Assembly: GCF_032062105.1 (NCBI RefSeq)
Contig: NW_026924749.1
Span: 186,001 to 246,996 of the forward strand
DNA: 60,996 nt
Direction: 5' to 3'
Origin: Saccostrea cucullata
Taxonomy: Eukaryota
Shown here: in pieces, positions 26,707 to 39,935 of the stretch
How positions within the stretch are numbered: the stretch's first letter is position 1
Layout of the letters: the number at the start of each line of letters is the position of its first letter
Notes under the pieces: generated by a model
What the model was told of the DNA's origin: nothing
Seen by the model: only the letters and a program-made list of their open reading frames with translations
The model's database searches: none
Made by a program: the position numbers and the translations under genes

Positions 26707-27547
26707 TGCAGCCCTCTTCTTCAGAATTCTGCAAGATAAAAATGGTATAACTTGCACAGATTAATTCAAGTATTAAAAAAATAGAATATCGAAGATCGGA
26801 AATTTAACATACAGGAACAATGTCAATCTCGCAATGCTACCGGTAGTTGTACTGAGTTGACACGTTGCCGTCGAACCCCTTTTGCAAATTTGATTTTAAT
26901 CAATATTTTGTGGGCTGACTGTGGCAACGTCTTTCATAAAAAAAAATCTTATCTCTCAACCAATCAAATTGAATCATTCTATGAAATCTCTGTCGATTTC
27001 GTCACCTTCATCACACCTCGGCTGTACAATAAAACTTGATGCGCACCTGCCTAACATTTGTGATACGGCTATTTGTTGACGTTTTCCCTAGGCGGTAAAG
27101 CTTTGAAAAACGATAATTACACGTAAAAAGAAACCCTTACACGCTAAGGATCTTCAGAGGCAGTTCGGTAAATCTTAGAATGACACTCACCATTTAATAT
27201 TTAGTATTTTTCAATAACCGCGTGTGAATGAATTCGTGTGTACGTTCAATATAGGGCGCAGCTAATCGTCGCAAACCACGACCAAAATGTACGATCCTCT
27301 CCCATTCAGCTCATTAAAATATTGAATAATGCAAGTAAAACATTGTCGGAAAATTAACTTTGACGCGACCTTTCAATACCCAATCGCAGTTAACAAAATA
27401 ATTTTGTTCACTGATGATGTCACTTGTTGATTTTAATTGCGATGCATAGGTGTCGGAACCGGGGTGGAGGATGGGGGGGGGGGGCTATCCCCCTTTTTTG
27501 CAAAGAGAGACAATATATAATTGATATTCTGATTGATAATACATGTA

Positions 27548-27932
27548 TCTATGTGGTTTTTTGGAGACCAGGTCTTCCAACACTCTATTAAAATTTCCAT
27601 GGGCACCAATTGCGCTCCGTTATTAGCAAACCTATTTTTATATTCATATGATGCAGAATTTGTGCAAAATCTTATGCGTGAAAAGAGAAAAACACTTGCT
27701 GTGGCCTGCAACTCAAAATTTTGATATATCGACGACGTATTGTCAATTAACAATGGTTATTTCCATTACTATGTTGATACGATATATCTTGGTGAGCTTG
27801 AAATAAAAGATACATGTACCAAAGATTCTGACACTGCTTTATACTTCGATACTTTACTTGAAAAAGCCGTTAATGGTAATCTAACAACTAAGCTCTATGA
27901 TAAACATTATAATCTTGACTTTTCTATCGTAT
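27548..27932 (+). mobile_element. Penelope-like RT remnant
   Basis: FGDQVFQHSIKISMGTNCAPLLANLFLYSYDAEF, F*YIDDVLSINN, ELEIKDT, TKLYDK. Confidence 0.8.
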
Positions 27933-29459
27933 AACTTTGCAAACTGTTAAAGTCGAGGCGACTACTGTCGGCGGCCGAGTTGAAACTATTACAATGTAGT
28001 GATAGTTCGCAAGAAAAGTAATGACTTCAGTTTTACTTTAACAAGTTTAAGGATTTATTAATCAAACATTACGAAATTTACTTTGAATAGTAATTATTTC
28101 ATAAGACGCATACCCCCCCCCCCAGCCTGCTTATGATGTTATCCATCAACCACAATGCAAAATTATCTCTAGAATATTTTTACATGAAAATAGTTGATTC
28201 ACTTGCAACATACTTACTTTTTGTAATAAAATCATCCAGTTTGTGAGAATCAGTCAATAACATTTATATTCATTGTCGCCAATTTACAGACAATTAAGTA
28301 TGTTTTAAATTTTTTTTTAGAGTAAAAGAAGATAAATTTCAGGGGCAATAGGTATTGCGTGTGTATTATTGTTTTAAATTTGTAAAACTTTGTTAATACA
28401 AGTACGACATATACACTCAAACTTTCACAGTATTTACAGGAAAATGTGGCAATATATTACTTCTGGAAGAAGGAAATTATGGGGGTCTCTTTAGTGTGGA
28501 GCTCATACCATGAAAAGCAATGCGTCAACGTATAGTTTTTTTTTAGCTTTAATATTCTTTTTCTTAAATGTTATTTAGTAACAAGAATGCAATTTCTCGA
28601 AGTTTGAGTCCATAATTTTATTTAAATGACCGAGACTGACCTGTGAAGCATATTTCTCATATTAAATTTTGGTACGTTAGCCAAACAAAGTGCAAATATT
28701 TATAATAATTCATGCGAAACAATGATTATACGAGGGGTGATCAAAAAGTTCGCAAACTATCTCTATACCTACAAAACCACAATTCAGATTAGAATGAGAT
28801 TTATTAGGTACGATTCGGACAAGGTGTGCTGAGGGATGATAAACAATTTGTAACATAATATGCACCTGAGTTGTCAACTGAATCCAGTTTTAGTTATTGA
28901 TCACAGGCACGTAGGAAGCAATTTCAGTTGGGGGGGGGGGGGGGGGAGGGGCATCGCCATACATACCAAAAATTTCTTGAATAAAGAAAACAAGACTTTT
29001 TTTTATTATTGAGGGGACACACGCATATAGTATCTGTTTTCTACGGTATTCTATATAAAGGCAAAAGTACAACCGGCGGGCCAAACATATCTTCCATGAA
29101 AAACTCCCAAGAAAAATTTGTTTGAATGTTTCCATTTTATACGACGAACGTTTGTGATTATTATGATCTATAATGAAGTACATATTTAAGAATATGCTTC
29201 GAAAAAATACATTGGCTCCGGCCTATGTCTTTCGATACATTAGAACAAAAAAAAACTCTCATAATTCACCTATATATAGTTTGGCCAGTTCTTGTTGAAT
29301 GCTAACTGGAAATACTCTTCACATAGAAATTTTTGAACCATTATGGCAGAAAATGAACATTTCCGGATTGATAAATGTTGCTGACAACTGAAATCATTTT
29401 ATGCAACATAATCATACATATTCAATTTAGATATTGTAATGATTTGGGCCGTGGATATT

Positions 29460-29516
29460 GGTCTGGAAAGTTCAGTCAGTAGAGCCACTGGCGCTTGTGA
29501 TGCAGGGGTCCCGGCA
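29460..29516 (+). mobile_element. Degenerate tRNA-derived SINE head
   Basis: AGTTCAGTCAGTAGAGC resembles a tRNA D-arm/A-box, followed by TTGTGATGCAGGGGTCCCGG; truncated before a B-box. Confidence 0.35.
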
Positions 29517-30024
29517 ATAAAAGTTGTCTGTTATATACTTTAGCGCCCTTTCATTTCTCTACCATTCTTGGACTTGCCTTGCCGCTTACATAAATAGTCT
29601 TTTCTTATAAGTTGGAAGTTTTCGAAAATTACATCAAGTTATTTATAGCTTGGGAAACACCTGCATGTCTTTTGCTATATATTTATGTAATAAAATGCTT
29701 TCTTTGGTTGTTAGTACGGGAATTAATGTCGCAGCTGTTGCAGAAAAAATATATATAGGCCTAAGCCGCGTACACGTAAGAGGTTACTTAGCTCCAAATC
29801 GTGTTTCAATTACTAATTTGAGATTGAAGACCACATTTTAAAATATTCCTCCCGAATAAACAATGCTTAATTGATTGCATAATATTCGATTCATATTTAT
29901 GACAATATATCATCAGGATTTATAAAACATATTTTGAATGAAACCAAAAAATTGTTTGATGAAGCAGAAATTATAATTGTGTTAAGTGTATGTTCAACAT
30001 TCGCATTTAATCCTAAATTAAAAC

Positions 30025-30715
30025 TGGATTAATTGCAAGTCCGTTTATCTTATTTTTTCTGTAAAAATACAAAAATCAAAAACATTGTTGATTTAAACAT
30101 AAAAACATGATATGTACTCAGAATATCTGGTATATTGCTTTATTTTATTATTTTCTTCATAACACTTTAAAAATATTTCAGATATTTTAGGCTGTAGTCA
30201 TTATCTAAAAATCGTTTTTTATTTCATTGAATTAGCAAATTGTTTTGGGTTTTCCCCTTCAAGTTGTTAACATATTGCGAAGTTCGTGTCTTTTTCACTA
30301 AAGGTAAAACTTATTTGCAAGATATATCTTGTTTAAAAGGGTCGAAATATGATATTTCAAGTCACGAGGTACAATTGTACACACAGAATGTTTGGTTTAT
30401 CTGATTTAAAATTGGAATGCTGCTTATGCAATCTTTGATCAAAGGATCTTCTGGGCTTCTGATTGGTCGTTGCGTGAATAAAAAAAAGAATAATAAGTGA
30501 CACGTTATTAACCAATTCAATAATAGGTCAAATGAAGGAATGCAATTGCAAGAATCAAAACTACTCATTCATTATTTTGATTAAACTGCCTAACGTAACC
30601 CGTCAACCTGAACTGTAAAAAAGAAAATTATGATGACTTACTGTAATAATTCTTCAAAATTTTAAGGTAAAACTGTAGATAAATTTTCATTAGACACATA
30701 AAAGGGATATGCATT
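30025..30715 (+). repeat. Unclassified dispersed repeat, copy 2
   Basis: Collinear with about 2740-3432. Confidence 0.7.
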
Positions 30716-31204
30716 ATAAACGTAAAAGCTCTGAGAATTTTACTTTATGTCACTGAATTAAATGACATAATCGATACAAAAATGCATATCTGTGTTTTGG
30801 TTATTTTTCACTGCACTATCAGGCTAATATTTCTCATAGGAGGCATAAACAACATCATAGTCGATTTAACTTAGTTAATATTTAGTAAATAATTTTATTT
30901 TTCAATTTATTGGCAAATATCTCTTATTCATATCATACATTCGCTCAATTTGATAGAAATATTAAATCCAATCTTTTTTTATTTAAATCATAACGTAATT
31001 ATTGTGTAACTGATTCCGTATGTGATCTGATACTATATGTGCATTAATTTAATGTGAGAAAGTTTATTCAAAATTTATGTATCATAGATTTACTTCAAAA
31101 GAATATCTAATTGGAGGCAGGTTCAATTTACGACGCTATTCCATTGGAATTCAGTACCTTTAATTGAAGATACACTTGCTTAAAATTGATTGATAGTATA
31201 ATGC

Positions 31205-31416
31205 TTAATTCCCTCTCGAGAATTTTTCACTCAGATGGAGACACCACCATTTGCCGGTGGAGATCTGCATATTTTGTCCAATAATCGGCACTGAGGGCAA
31301 TTGGACATTGAGGGGTCTTAAACGGCCCAGCACTTACTGCGATACGGGACCTCGGTTTAAACGGTCTCATCCGAAGGATTCGTCTCAATGTCCAACAATA
31401 GGATTTGAACCCGTGA
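31205..31416 (-). mobile_element. tRNA-related SINE fragment
   Basis: Minus-strand B-box-like GGGTTCAAATCC (about 31401-31412) followed by a GC-richer body (CCTTCGGATGAGACCGTTTAAACCGAGGTCCCGT) resembling oyster SINEs; family assignment is from memory. Confidence 0.55.
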
Positions 31417-32797
31417 GGCTTGTTAGTTGATATACAATAACCTTATCAGCGAATACAATTTATCATAAATCAAATACTGGCTGAGATTCGTATTGTTAGG
31501 CAATTATTCAGTTTATACGATCATGACAAAGCACACGACAGGTGTTTTGCTTTGAACATATTTTATTGTATAATTTATACAAAGGGATTGATATACAAGT
31601 TCTTGCAACTTAAAAAAAACCTCTCCCTGTCATATATACAATTATTATTAAATAAGTGATTGCCGACAGGTGTAACCAGTCCCCAGGAGATACCAACCTC
31701 CAAAGGCACCTGATCCCACCTCTGACCATTTGGGTTGTCCCAAACTCTCAGCTCAATGGTCCTTATATCAAGTTTAAATCTAAATTGGAAGCCTCTCAGT
31801 GCAATACGGCGACGCCTCAAAACAAGTAAAAAGTTCCCAAATGGTAAAGGCCAAACAACAGTTACTATAAAGTTATATTCAAATATTTAAAAAGAGCTTG
31901 CTGTTAATTACATTTATTTTGATCTGACTTTAACTTGGTAATATTTGAATGATATGCAAATTCCAAGGAGTGAGATTCTTGAAAGAGAAAAAAAGAATTT
32001 AGAAAATAAAGCTAGGTATTGTTATTCTTGATTCAATTATTTATATTACATTCCTTGATGTACAATGCATTAATTACCACCTTTGCTAAAGAGAACAATC
32101 TTGACAAAAATTTTCACAAATGCTTACTTTAGAAAATCTATTGTATTTTCTAGCTAAAAAAACAAACACAAAAAAAGTAATTTATATTCATTATCATCAC
32201 AAATTAAATCAAAATAAACAGTTAAATAACATAAACAACTTTTCTTTACTCAGATACAAAAATACACATTACTTTTACAGTTTTTTTTTTCGACTTTTCT
32301 CTCTTAATAGACTTAAGTATAGGAAATTTCAAGGAAATCAAATTGAATAAGTGATAATTTAAAACATCCCTAGAAACTTTACAGCAACACATCTTCATTT
32401 ATCTTGGATTTTTTTTTTTCAAAATTTATTTTCTACTTGTCCTTTTTAAGTTATATACATGTATCAATATTTTTAAATCTTTCTCATGAATCTCATATAG
32501 TTTGTAGAAAAGTTATTCCCAAATATCACTTCTTTACTGATAAAGGTACCTCGTTTCACAAAAGAAATTGATTTCCTGGGGGGAAATGTTTTGTTTATTT
32601 ATCCCTATAGAATCAACGTAATTTGACTTTATATAATAAATTATTCTTTTATAATATTCATGTTAAATAAAACATATTTTCCTTTACAAACAAACTCAAT
32701 TATGTTGATTACATGTTCTATTTATGATTTTCTAATAATTGAATGAATTGTATTCCTGTTAAATGTGCTGGAAAAAGACAGTTGTTATCAAATTTTA

Positions 32798-34987
32798 TCA
32801 TTCTAATTCTCCTAATGCATGTAGTTCTGTAAAGGAAATAGATGTACGAACTTCGGGTGGGGGCAAAGTTTCGCTGATTTTTATTTTCACGTTGTATTTT
32901 CTACTACATACATTTAAAACTCTTTTAAACCTTCTCAGGGCTCTCACATATGGAAATCGCCACTTTTCATCTGTAATTTTTCCATCAAACAAAACAACAA
33001 GCAAGTTTTCAACCTGATTTTCGGAAAGCAGTTTCCATGCCTGATTCATTCTAAACGTTAGATCATCAAAGTTGTCATTTTGAAGAGGTTTAGAAATGAT
33101 AATAATTATGTTTCTGGATGACTTTATTTCTTTGTCTAAATGAATATGGCGAATAGTACCTACATCTTCGTCAACGGGGGGATAGAAACATTTGTACCCC
33201 TCCTTTTTGAGATATAGGAAAATGTCAATTGCAAATTTATTGACGTCCACATTTGAGTCATCCGACAAAATAAAAATATCATACTTGTACGTTTTCTTCC
33301 TATGATCCACAAGACGATTCTTTAGAATTACAAAATCATATCTAAAGTAGATAGCAACTGCCGCAGTCACCAAGACGACAGCAGGTATAAGGAAGAGATT
33401 AAAAATAATTTGGTCAAATTCATCTTCATAACAATCCGAAAAAGCTTCTTCTGCTGCTTGTCGTACTCCATTCGCATTGGTGCAAAACAAAGGATTTGAA
33501 GATTTATTTTGCACAGATGATCTCCAACTGGCGATCCACTCATCCTTGCATTCGCATGATACACTGTTTTTGCCAAACCAGACTTTATCTGGGTCAATGC
33601 TTTTGAATAGTACTGGAAGTTCTATGAGTTTATGATCCAGCAAAAGAAGGGATTTGAGACGACTCGAGGTCTTATTGAACTTCTCCAGAAATTTATCTTC
33701 GATTGTTTGAACCTCATTTTTAGACAAGTCGAAAAGAGTAATATTTGATAAATATGAATGATTATTGAGAGTCTTTGGAGAAGTGAGCTTGGTTATTTTA
33801 TTATTGCTGCAATTCAATTCGATATCATAATTGGTCTGAGGAACTATGTCTGGAATTTTTGTTAAATTCGCATTGGAACAGTCTACTAACATTCGCATTT
33901 GACTTGGTTGTTCAATACACGTGCATTTCTCGGGACAAAAATTTGTTTTATGACATATAAATTGATCAAACACTGAGATGTTATTGAATGTTTTGAGTAC
34001 ATCGATACCTTTCATATTTTCTGGAGAAAGGCATATATACTGTGTTTTATTTGGAATGGAATAAAATCTCTCGAACATATCCTTTTCTGACAAGAGGAGT
34101 TCTCCTAGGTGGCAATCACAGGGCATGGTTAATTTTGAGAACTCGAAAGCCCCAGTGTGATTATATTGATAGGCTTTTTTGATCTCCGATGGTTCCTTAA
34201 ATATGACAGAAAGGGGATGTTTGTTTGTTTTACATGTTCCAAAAATAATATCCCCACCTCCATAACTCTCTTGGAGAGATATTTTGAATTCAGGAACATC
34301 TGTTAATGTAAGGTTTGATTCATCGAATGAAATGTTGCAGAAAACACTTCTCTTCGGGTAAATATTGGAGATGTGTAAATTATCAAAGTGGTTGTGCGAT
34401 AAATCTATCACAAAGATCTCCGTATTTTGTAGTTCAAATATGTAAGGTTGAAGTGATTTGATGCCAGTATGAGCCATTCTAAGTATCCGTAAGTTTGGCA
34501 TATTCTTGAAAGTAGTGTTTGTAATGAACTGTATGTCATTATAACTTACATCTAAAGAATCCAAGGCCTTTAGGCAATTAATTCCTTCAATGTTTGAAAG
34601 TCTGTTTCTTTGAAAGTCCACTGTCACCAGAATATCACTAAAACTACAAATATTATTTGGCAATTGCGTCATCCTTCCGCCCTGATGAAGTATCCATTTG
34701 AATCCAGTTAACGTTTCGTTTGTAACAATTTTACAATGGCCAGTGGGGTTCAGGTATTCCATATATAATGGTTTATATGATATATTCGAAAAAATCTCCC
34801 AAATTGGTTTGCTTTTACAAGCACAACACCTATTTTTAATTTCTTCCTTGGTACATGAATTTGGACACATAATGTTCTGTTTATGTGGACCAACATCTGA
34901 TGTCCAATTATGAAATTCCGTCTGAACAATGCCAGTTTGAATACAGCTACATGTAAATAAAACGAAAATAATTAAATAGTACCCCAT
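32798..34987 (-). CDS. Toll-like receptor (multiple-cysteine-cluster type), single exon, 729 aa, divergent TIR
   Basis: Signal peptide; LRRs (LDSLDVSYNDI, LRILRMAHTGI); internal LRRCT (PCDCHL..YICLSP) and LRRNT (CPEKCTC..VDCS); second LRR block; LRRCT (NSVSCECKDEW); TM IIFNLFLIPAVVLVTAAVAIYF; TIR starting YKYDIFI. Confidence 0.93.
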   Translation of the reverse strand: MGYYLIIFVLFTCSCIQTGIVQTEFHNWTSDVGPHKQNIMCPNSCTKEEIKNRCCACKSKPIWEIFSNISYKPLYMEYLNPTGHCKIVTNETLTGFKWILHQGGRMTQLPNNICSFSDILVTVDFQRNRLSNIEGINCLKALDSLDVSYNDIQFITNTTFKNMPNLRILRMAHTGIKSLQPYIFELQNTEIFVIDLSHNHFDNLHISNIYPKRSVFCNISFDESNLTLTDVPEFKISLQESYGGGDIIFGTCKTNKHPLSVIFKEPSEIKKAYQYNHTGAFEFSKLTMPCDCHLGELLLSEKDMFERFYSIPNKTQYICLSPENMKGIDVLKTFNNISVFDQFICHKTNFCPEKCTCIEQPSQMRMLVDCSNANLTKIPDIVPQTNYDIELNCSNNKITKLTSPKTLNNHSYLSNITLFDLSKNEVQTIEDKFLEKFNKTSSRLKSLLLLDHKLIELPVLFKSIDPDKVWFGKNSVSCECKDEWIASWRSSVQNKSSNPLFCTNANGVRQAAEEAFSDCYEDEFDQIIFNLFLIPAVVLVTAAVAIYFRYDFVILKNRLVDHRKKTYKYDIFILSDDSNVDVNKFAIDIFLYLKKEGYKCFYPPVDEDVGTIRHIHLDKEIKSSRNIIIIISKPLQNDNFDDLTFRMNQAWKLLSENQVENLLVVLFDGKITDEKWRFPYVRALRRFKRVLNVCSRKYNVKIKISETLPPPEVRTSISFTELHALGELE

Positions 34988-35945
34988 TTTCTTCTTATTT
35001 TTGATAAATCTCGTATTTTAAAGAATTAATAATGTTGTGGCTTGGTAGAGAGAAACGCCAATTTGATGATTGTTTTCTAAAGACACATTATATATACTAA
35101 ATTCATCAAAACGTCGTCACGTGATCTTTTTTTTGTCAGAAAGAATGACAATATCTGTGTTTATTAAATTAATTATCAGCTTATGTCGTGTTTTAACAAA
35201 AGATAATGGCTACTTTAAATGACCGATATATATCAGTTCTACTCTTGAACTGGGCTAAAAATCTAATATTACTAGCAAGGTAAAACCAAAGCAGTGGTTT
35301 TCCCCCTCTTTGATAATAATTATTTTTAGACTGTAAGCCATCAAACCCTTTTCATTTGTTGCATAAAAGGAGAAGAAATCTTTAACTTACACAAACACTC
35401 ATGGACTGGTAATTAAGATTGTAAAAAAAAATGTTAATTGCATATGGCTTCTTCAAGTAAAATCTTATCTGAATAATTACTCATGAGATAATGAAATAAA
35501 GATATGAGGTAAAATCTCAGTTTTGTTCATGATATAAGTATTTTTGATACCAAAATCATTTTCTTATTGACATGAAAGACAAAGAATCTTTTTAAGTTGC
35601 GAAAATATTCAAAATGCTTTGAGTGTGTGGAGCAAAATAATTAAAATGTAACGATCAATCAAACAACATTTAACGCAGAGCACATGTGTTCAGTTATACT
35701 TTCATCTATAAATCCAGGAGCAAGAAATGTATGTACACATATACATATATTTTTTAAAAAATAAAAACCAAGTAACCTTTAAACAGAAAAGAAGTTAGAA
35801 AACACACAATAATTTTAAAATTACATGACGAAAAATAAGAAGATCGTAAAATTATTAGGCTGTATGTTTGATCTTATCTACAAAAGCTGTTTTTGAAAAT
35901 TGATTCCAATGCAAACATGGGTACAAAAATAGATAAACCTTGTTA

Positions 35946-36129
35946 NNNNNNNNNNNNNNNNNNNNNNNNNNNNNNNNNNNNNNNNNNNNNNNNNNNNNNN
36001 NNNNNNNNNNNNNNNNNNNNNNNNNNNNNNNNNNNNNNNNNNNNNNNNNNNNNNNNNNNNNNNNNNNNNNNNNNNNNNNNNNNNNNNNNNNNNNNNNNNN
36101 NNNNNNNNNNNNNNNNNNNNNNNNNNNNN
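35946..36129. other. Assembly gap (184 N)
   Basis: Run of N. Confidence 1.
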
Positions 36130-37149
36130 CTTCAAAATATTTGTGGTGTCCTTGAATAGGGTAAAAATAAAACACATGCAACATAACAACGTATTAATGC
36201 TGACTTAAATTTTCAAAACTTGTGAGGAGAAACATTTTACTTATTGACTAATGCCATAAGAATCTTAAGATCTTTGAACTGGTAGGAATGATAACTTAGG
36301 AAAATTGAATTCTTTTTAATAGCTAAATACATAATCACGTTTCCAATTCTATTTTTTTCATAAACGACTTATGCGTAAATTCTTGTGTATGATACATAAA
36401 CATTCATGATTTTACATTAATCCTTCTTTTGTATCTTATATAGATTTCATGATTTATATCCAATTTGTATCAACCCAACAATGCACCAAAACATGGAAAA
36501 AATTAAAGGACATGGGTTCAAGTGGCCAGAAGTACTATAATAATTTTTCCCATGTTTCATATAGGGTAAAAAAATTTAGGAAACCGGCTTTTATGCTGGA
36601 AATCCTCTGTAAAAAGACTATATTTTCTTTAATCTACGATGGTACCTCCTTTATTTGGATGCCTCTGTCCTGAATGAAATCCTCCGGATTAGTGAATCCT
36701 CAAAAACCCTCTCAAAGCAATTGTACATTTATATTCATGATATTGTGATATGCACATTCAAGTATCAAAAATGAAGGCAGTGGAAAAGTTGGATACCTTG
36801 TTTTATTGATTTAACTTTAAAGTTTTAAAGGAAATAATAAATAAAAATACGCAAATGTAATTTTTAAAACGATAACAAAGTGAAAATAGTTAATTTAAAC
36901 TGAAATCACATTTTTTTAATAACGAAAATTTTCACTCGTCTTCTCTTTGGCGTGAGTTGGCAGAAAATTTGCAATACACACATGCATACTTAAGCTCTCA
37001 CTATAAATTCCTACCTTTATTTTGATTTTCACATGAATGTTTTCATATTGTTTTGATAAAGAAATCCAAAATATCATGTATTCCTTACAGAAAAATTATA
37101 ATGCACAGATTAAGGTATTTGATTTAAAGATTTGTAAAATTCGGCTTTA

Positions 37150-37505
37150 AATATATTATTGTTTACACGCTGATTTGGTTATTGATTTTTTCTCCTTTTT
37201 CCCATCATGAAAAGAAGCACATGGTGGGTGTGATCGGTCAACAGGTGATGTTCATTCCTCCATGGCACCTGATCCCACCTCTGCTGTTTTTAAAGATCCG
37301 TGATTTCTCTGTTCGTTATCTGTTATTGTTAAACTTGATTTGAATATTATTCATTATCGCCATATTTCCTTAAACATTAAAAATTGAAAGCAGAGCAAAC
37401 ATAGACACCGGAAAACTGAAAATGAGGTTGGATTGGTTGCCGGAGAGGAGTAGGCATCCCCTGTCGACTGTTCACATGACCTTGTGCTCCTGTCATGATC
37501 AAGTA
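37150..37505. mobile_element. Two Penelope-like 3' modules in inverted (tail-to-tail) orientation
   Basis: Plus copy CCATCATGAAAAGAAGCACATGGTGGG...CACCTGATCCCACC (37200-37285); minus copy GCAGAGCAAACA...GGAGTAGGCATCCCCTGTCGAC...GTCATGATC (37390-37500). Confidence 0.65.
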
Positions 37506-38654
37506 TACAGAAAAGTACTTAGAAAATTCAATGTTTACGAGGATTATGACCTTACAATTTTCATAGAAGATGCTAGTCTACACTTGAATTATCCATAGAT
37601 TTCATAAGGTCATTGTTTTTTAATTGAAAGAAAGTCGCCTCGGTTTACTAATTGACAATGGCATGGAGACCACACTCTTGACTGATTATATGATGAAATC
37701 AGTTTGGAGGTATAGACCCAAATATCCGCTGGAAATCATCAAATGATACATACAAAATGTAAGTTGACATTAGTATATAATTTTGTATTAATAATGAAAT
37801 TCATAGATATTTTAGCATGATTTTCATTTTGTTTTTAAATATTTAAATATGAAAATAGTTTGAGTCAGAATCTAGTCTTTTATTATCATTTGAATGAATA
37901 TCACAGAAATATTTTTTTCTAGACATTCTGTTCCTGTGTTGAATTAGACTGTTAATAAATTAAACATTAAAAACGGATTGGGAGACTTGACAAGAAGTAG
38001 TCTGTGGAATGAGGTCGAGGGAGGTTATCGAAATAGGGGCTGTTGTGTATTGTTAAGGAAAATGATTTTGTGGTTGCTGTAAGTGAAATACATTTAGAGC
38101 TTACTTAGATTTGATTGGATATTGGATACTAAACTGGATTCAGAAGTACTTTTTCATCATAAAAAATATTAATTATTTTAAAAGTTTTAAATTTAGTACT
38201 CTGAGATTTTTTCAGAATGAATGCCAAAACGTGTATTAATTAGATTGATTATCAGCAGAATCATTGTCCTATTTTAAATTATTAAATTGGTCAGTAATTT
38301 AAATGACCTAAGGGTATAGAGAGGAAACAATCGTCCTATGAAGACTCAAACTGTATCATATTTAATCTAGGTTACAATTTATAGTTAGGTTCCCATTTTA
38401 TATATAAATATATGATTCTTTGGTAGATAGATGTTATCAATTTAGTTTTTGATTGGTTTTTTAATTAATTAGATAGAGGTTGTTTAAATAGACAGATGGT
38501 CTTTTCAACAAAACAGAATAGGAAGGGGATGTACCCATTCTGATTTTACCCAAAATAATTCAAGATAATTTAAGAAAATGTAAAAACCAAGGATTCTAAT
38601 GGGTATTTCTATAACCTAGTTTAGAAAAAAAAATGTAGTAATCAAGGTCGTAAA

Positions 38655-39935
38655 AAACATTTTAATCCCTCATCGTGTTCATGTTCTTATAGCTACAACT
38701 ATAGTCCTGCTGAACACGTTATTACAGGTGACGTAAATATAGTTAATAACGATGACCTTATATCAGTTATTTTAAAAGGTCCTAAATATAAGGAACCCCG
38801 ACTCTTCAACGGGCGTCGGAATTTCATTCATATTATGGATTCTCCAGAAGTGAATAAAGAATTAGATAGATTACATGATCAGTACATACTGGTCCCTGCC
38901 GACAAAAGAGGTAACAACATTGTCTTCATTTGTAAGGCTCATTATATAAATTGTATTCTAGAAGAACTTGGACTGAATTCTACATGTTGTTATCCTACTT
39001 ACACTCATACTTCCCTTTTTAAACAAGAAATTCTTCAAAATCATATGTCAGTTTTGAATATTTTACATGTAATATTCTACAGAGCCAAAACGAATTTCAA
39101 CTACCCTATATAAACTGGATTGCGAAACTTCATTAGAATCCTTACAAACAAAGATACATTGAAGGTTCCAGTAAATGTTCAACCAAGCCTCTTTCGTAAC
39201 TCCTCACTAAGTAGTAAAGGAAAAACTTCAAGAGTACTATGCAACAATATATTGAAGAAGTGGTGTGAATCAGATATTTTTGTATTCATATGAAGCAGAA
39301 TTTGTGCAAAATTTTATGCCTGGATATTTTACTTGAGAAAGACGTTAATGGTAATATAACAACCAAGCTATATGATAAACGTGATGACTTTAATTTTTCT
39401 ATTCAACTTCCCTTACTTGATAAACGTGATGACTTTAATTTTTCTATTCAACTTCCCTCACTTATGCAGCAATAAACCTTCATCACCTGCATACGGAGTG
39501 CATATATCTCAGTTGATTCGATGCACAAGAGCATGCTCTACGTATGAACAATTTAAAAAACGAGGTAAATTATTGACAATCAAGTTGATGAAACAAGAAT
39601 ATCAGCAGTCTCGTTTAAAGTCATCATTTAGTAAGTTCTGTGGTCGATACAATGACCTTGTCAGCAAATATAATTTGTCATTTAGTCAAATGCTTACTTA
39701 CGTTTTCATACTAATTGTTAGTCCATTATTTATACACTGAATTGACGACGGATTTTTCCCTTGTTTCCCGATCATTACAAGGAGCACACGGCAGGTTTGA
39801 CCGGTCAGCAGGGAAGTTCTATCAATCCTTTGGCACGTGATCAATCTGACGTTATGGAGGTCCGTGTTTGCTCTGCTCCTATTTTGTATTTTTTTATGGA
39901 CTTTGATATTGAATACTGTTGAATCTCCTTATCCT
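38655..39935 (+). mobile_element. Penelope-like retroelement, longest remnant, internally deleted
   Basis: HVITGDVNIVNN..KGPKYKEP, LVPADKRGNNIVFICK, decayed WIAKLH..PYKQRYI, TKLYDKRDDFNF (with a tandem duplication of about 45 bp), SQLIRCTRAC and the 3' module. Confidence 0.8.

Noticed and set aside
28729-28760. Mariner-like end TA|CGAGGGGTGATCAAAAAGTT
   Set aside because: No matching second TIR found nearby.
35855-36189. ORFs spanning the N run
   Set aside because: Artefacts of the assembly gap.
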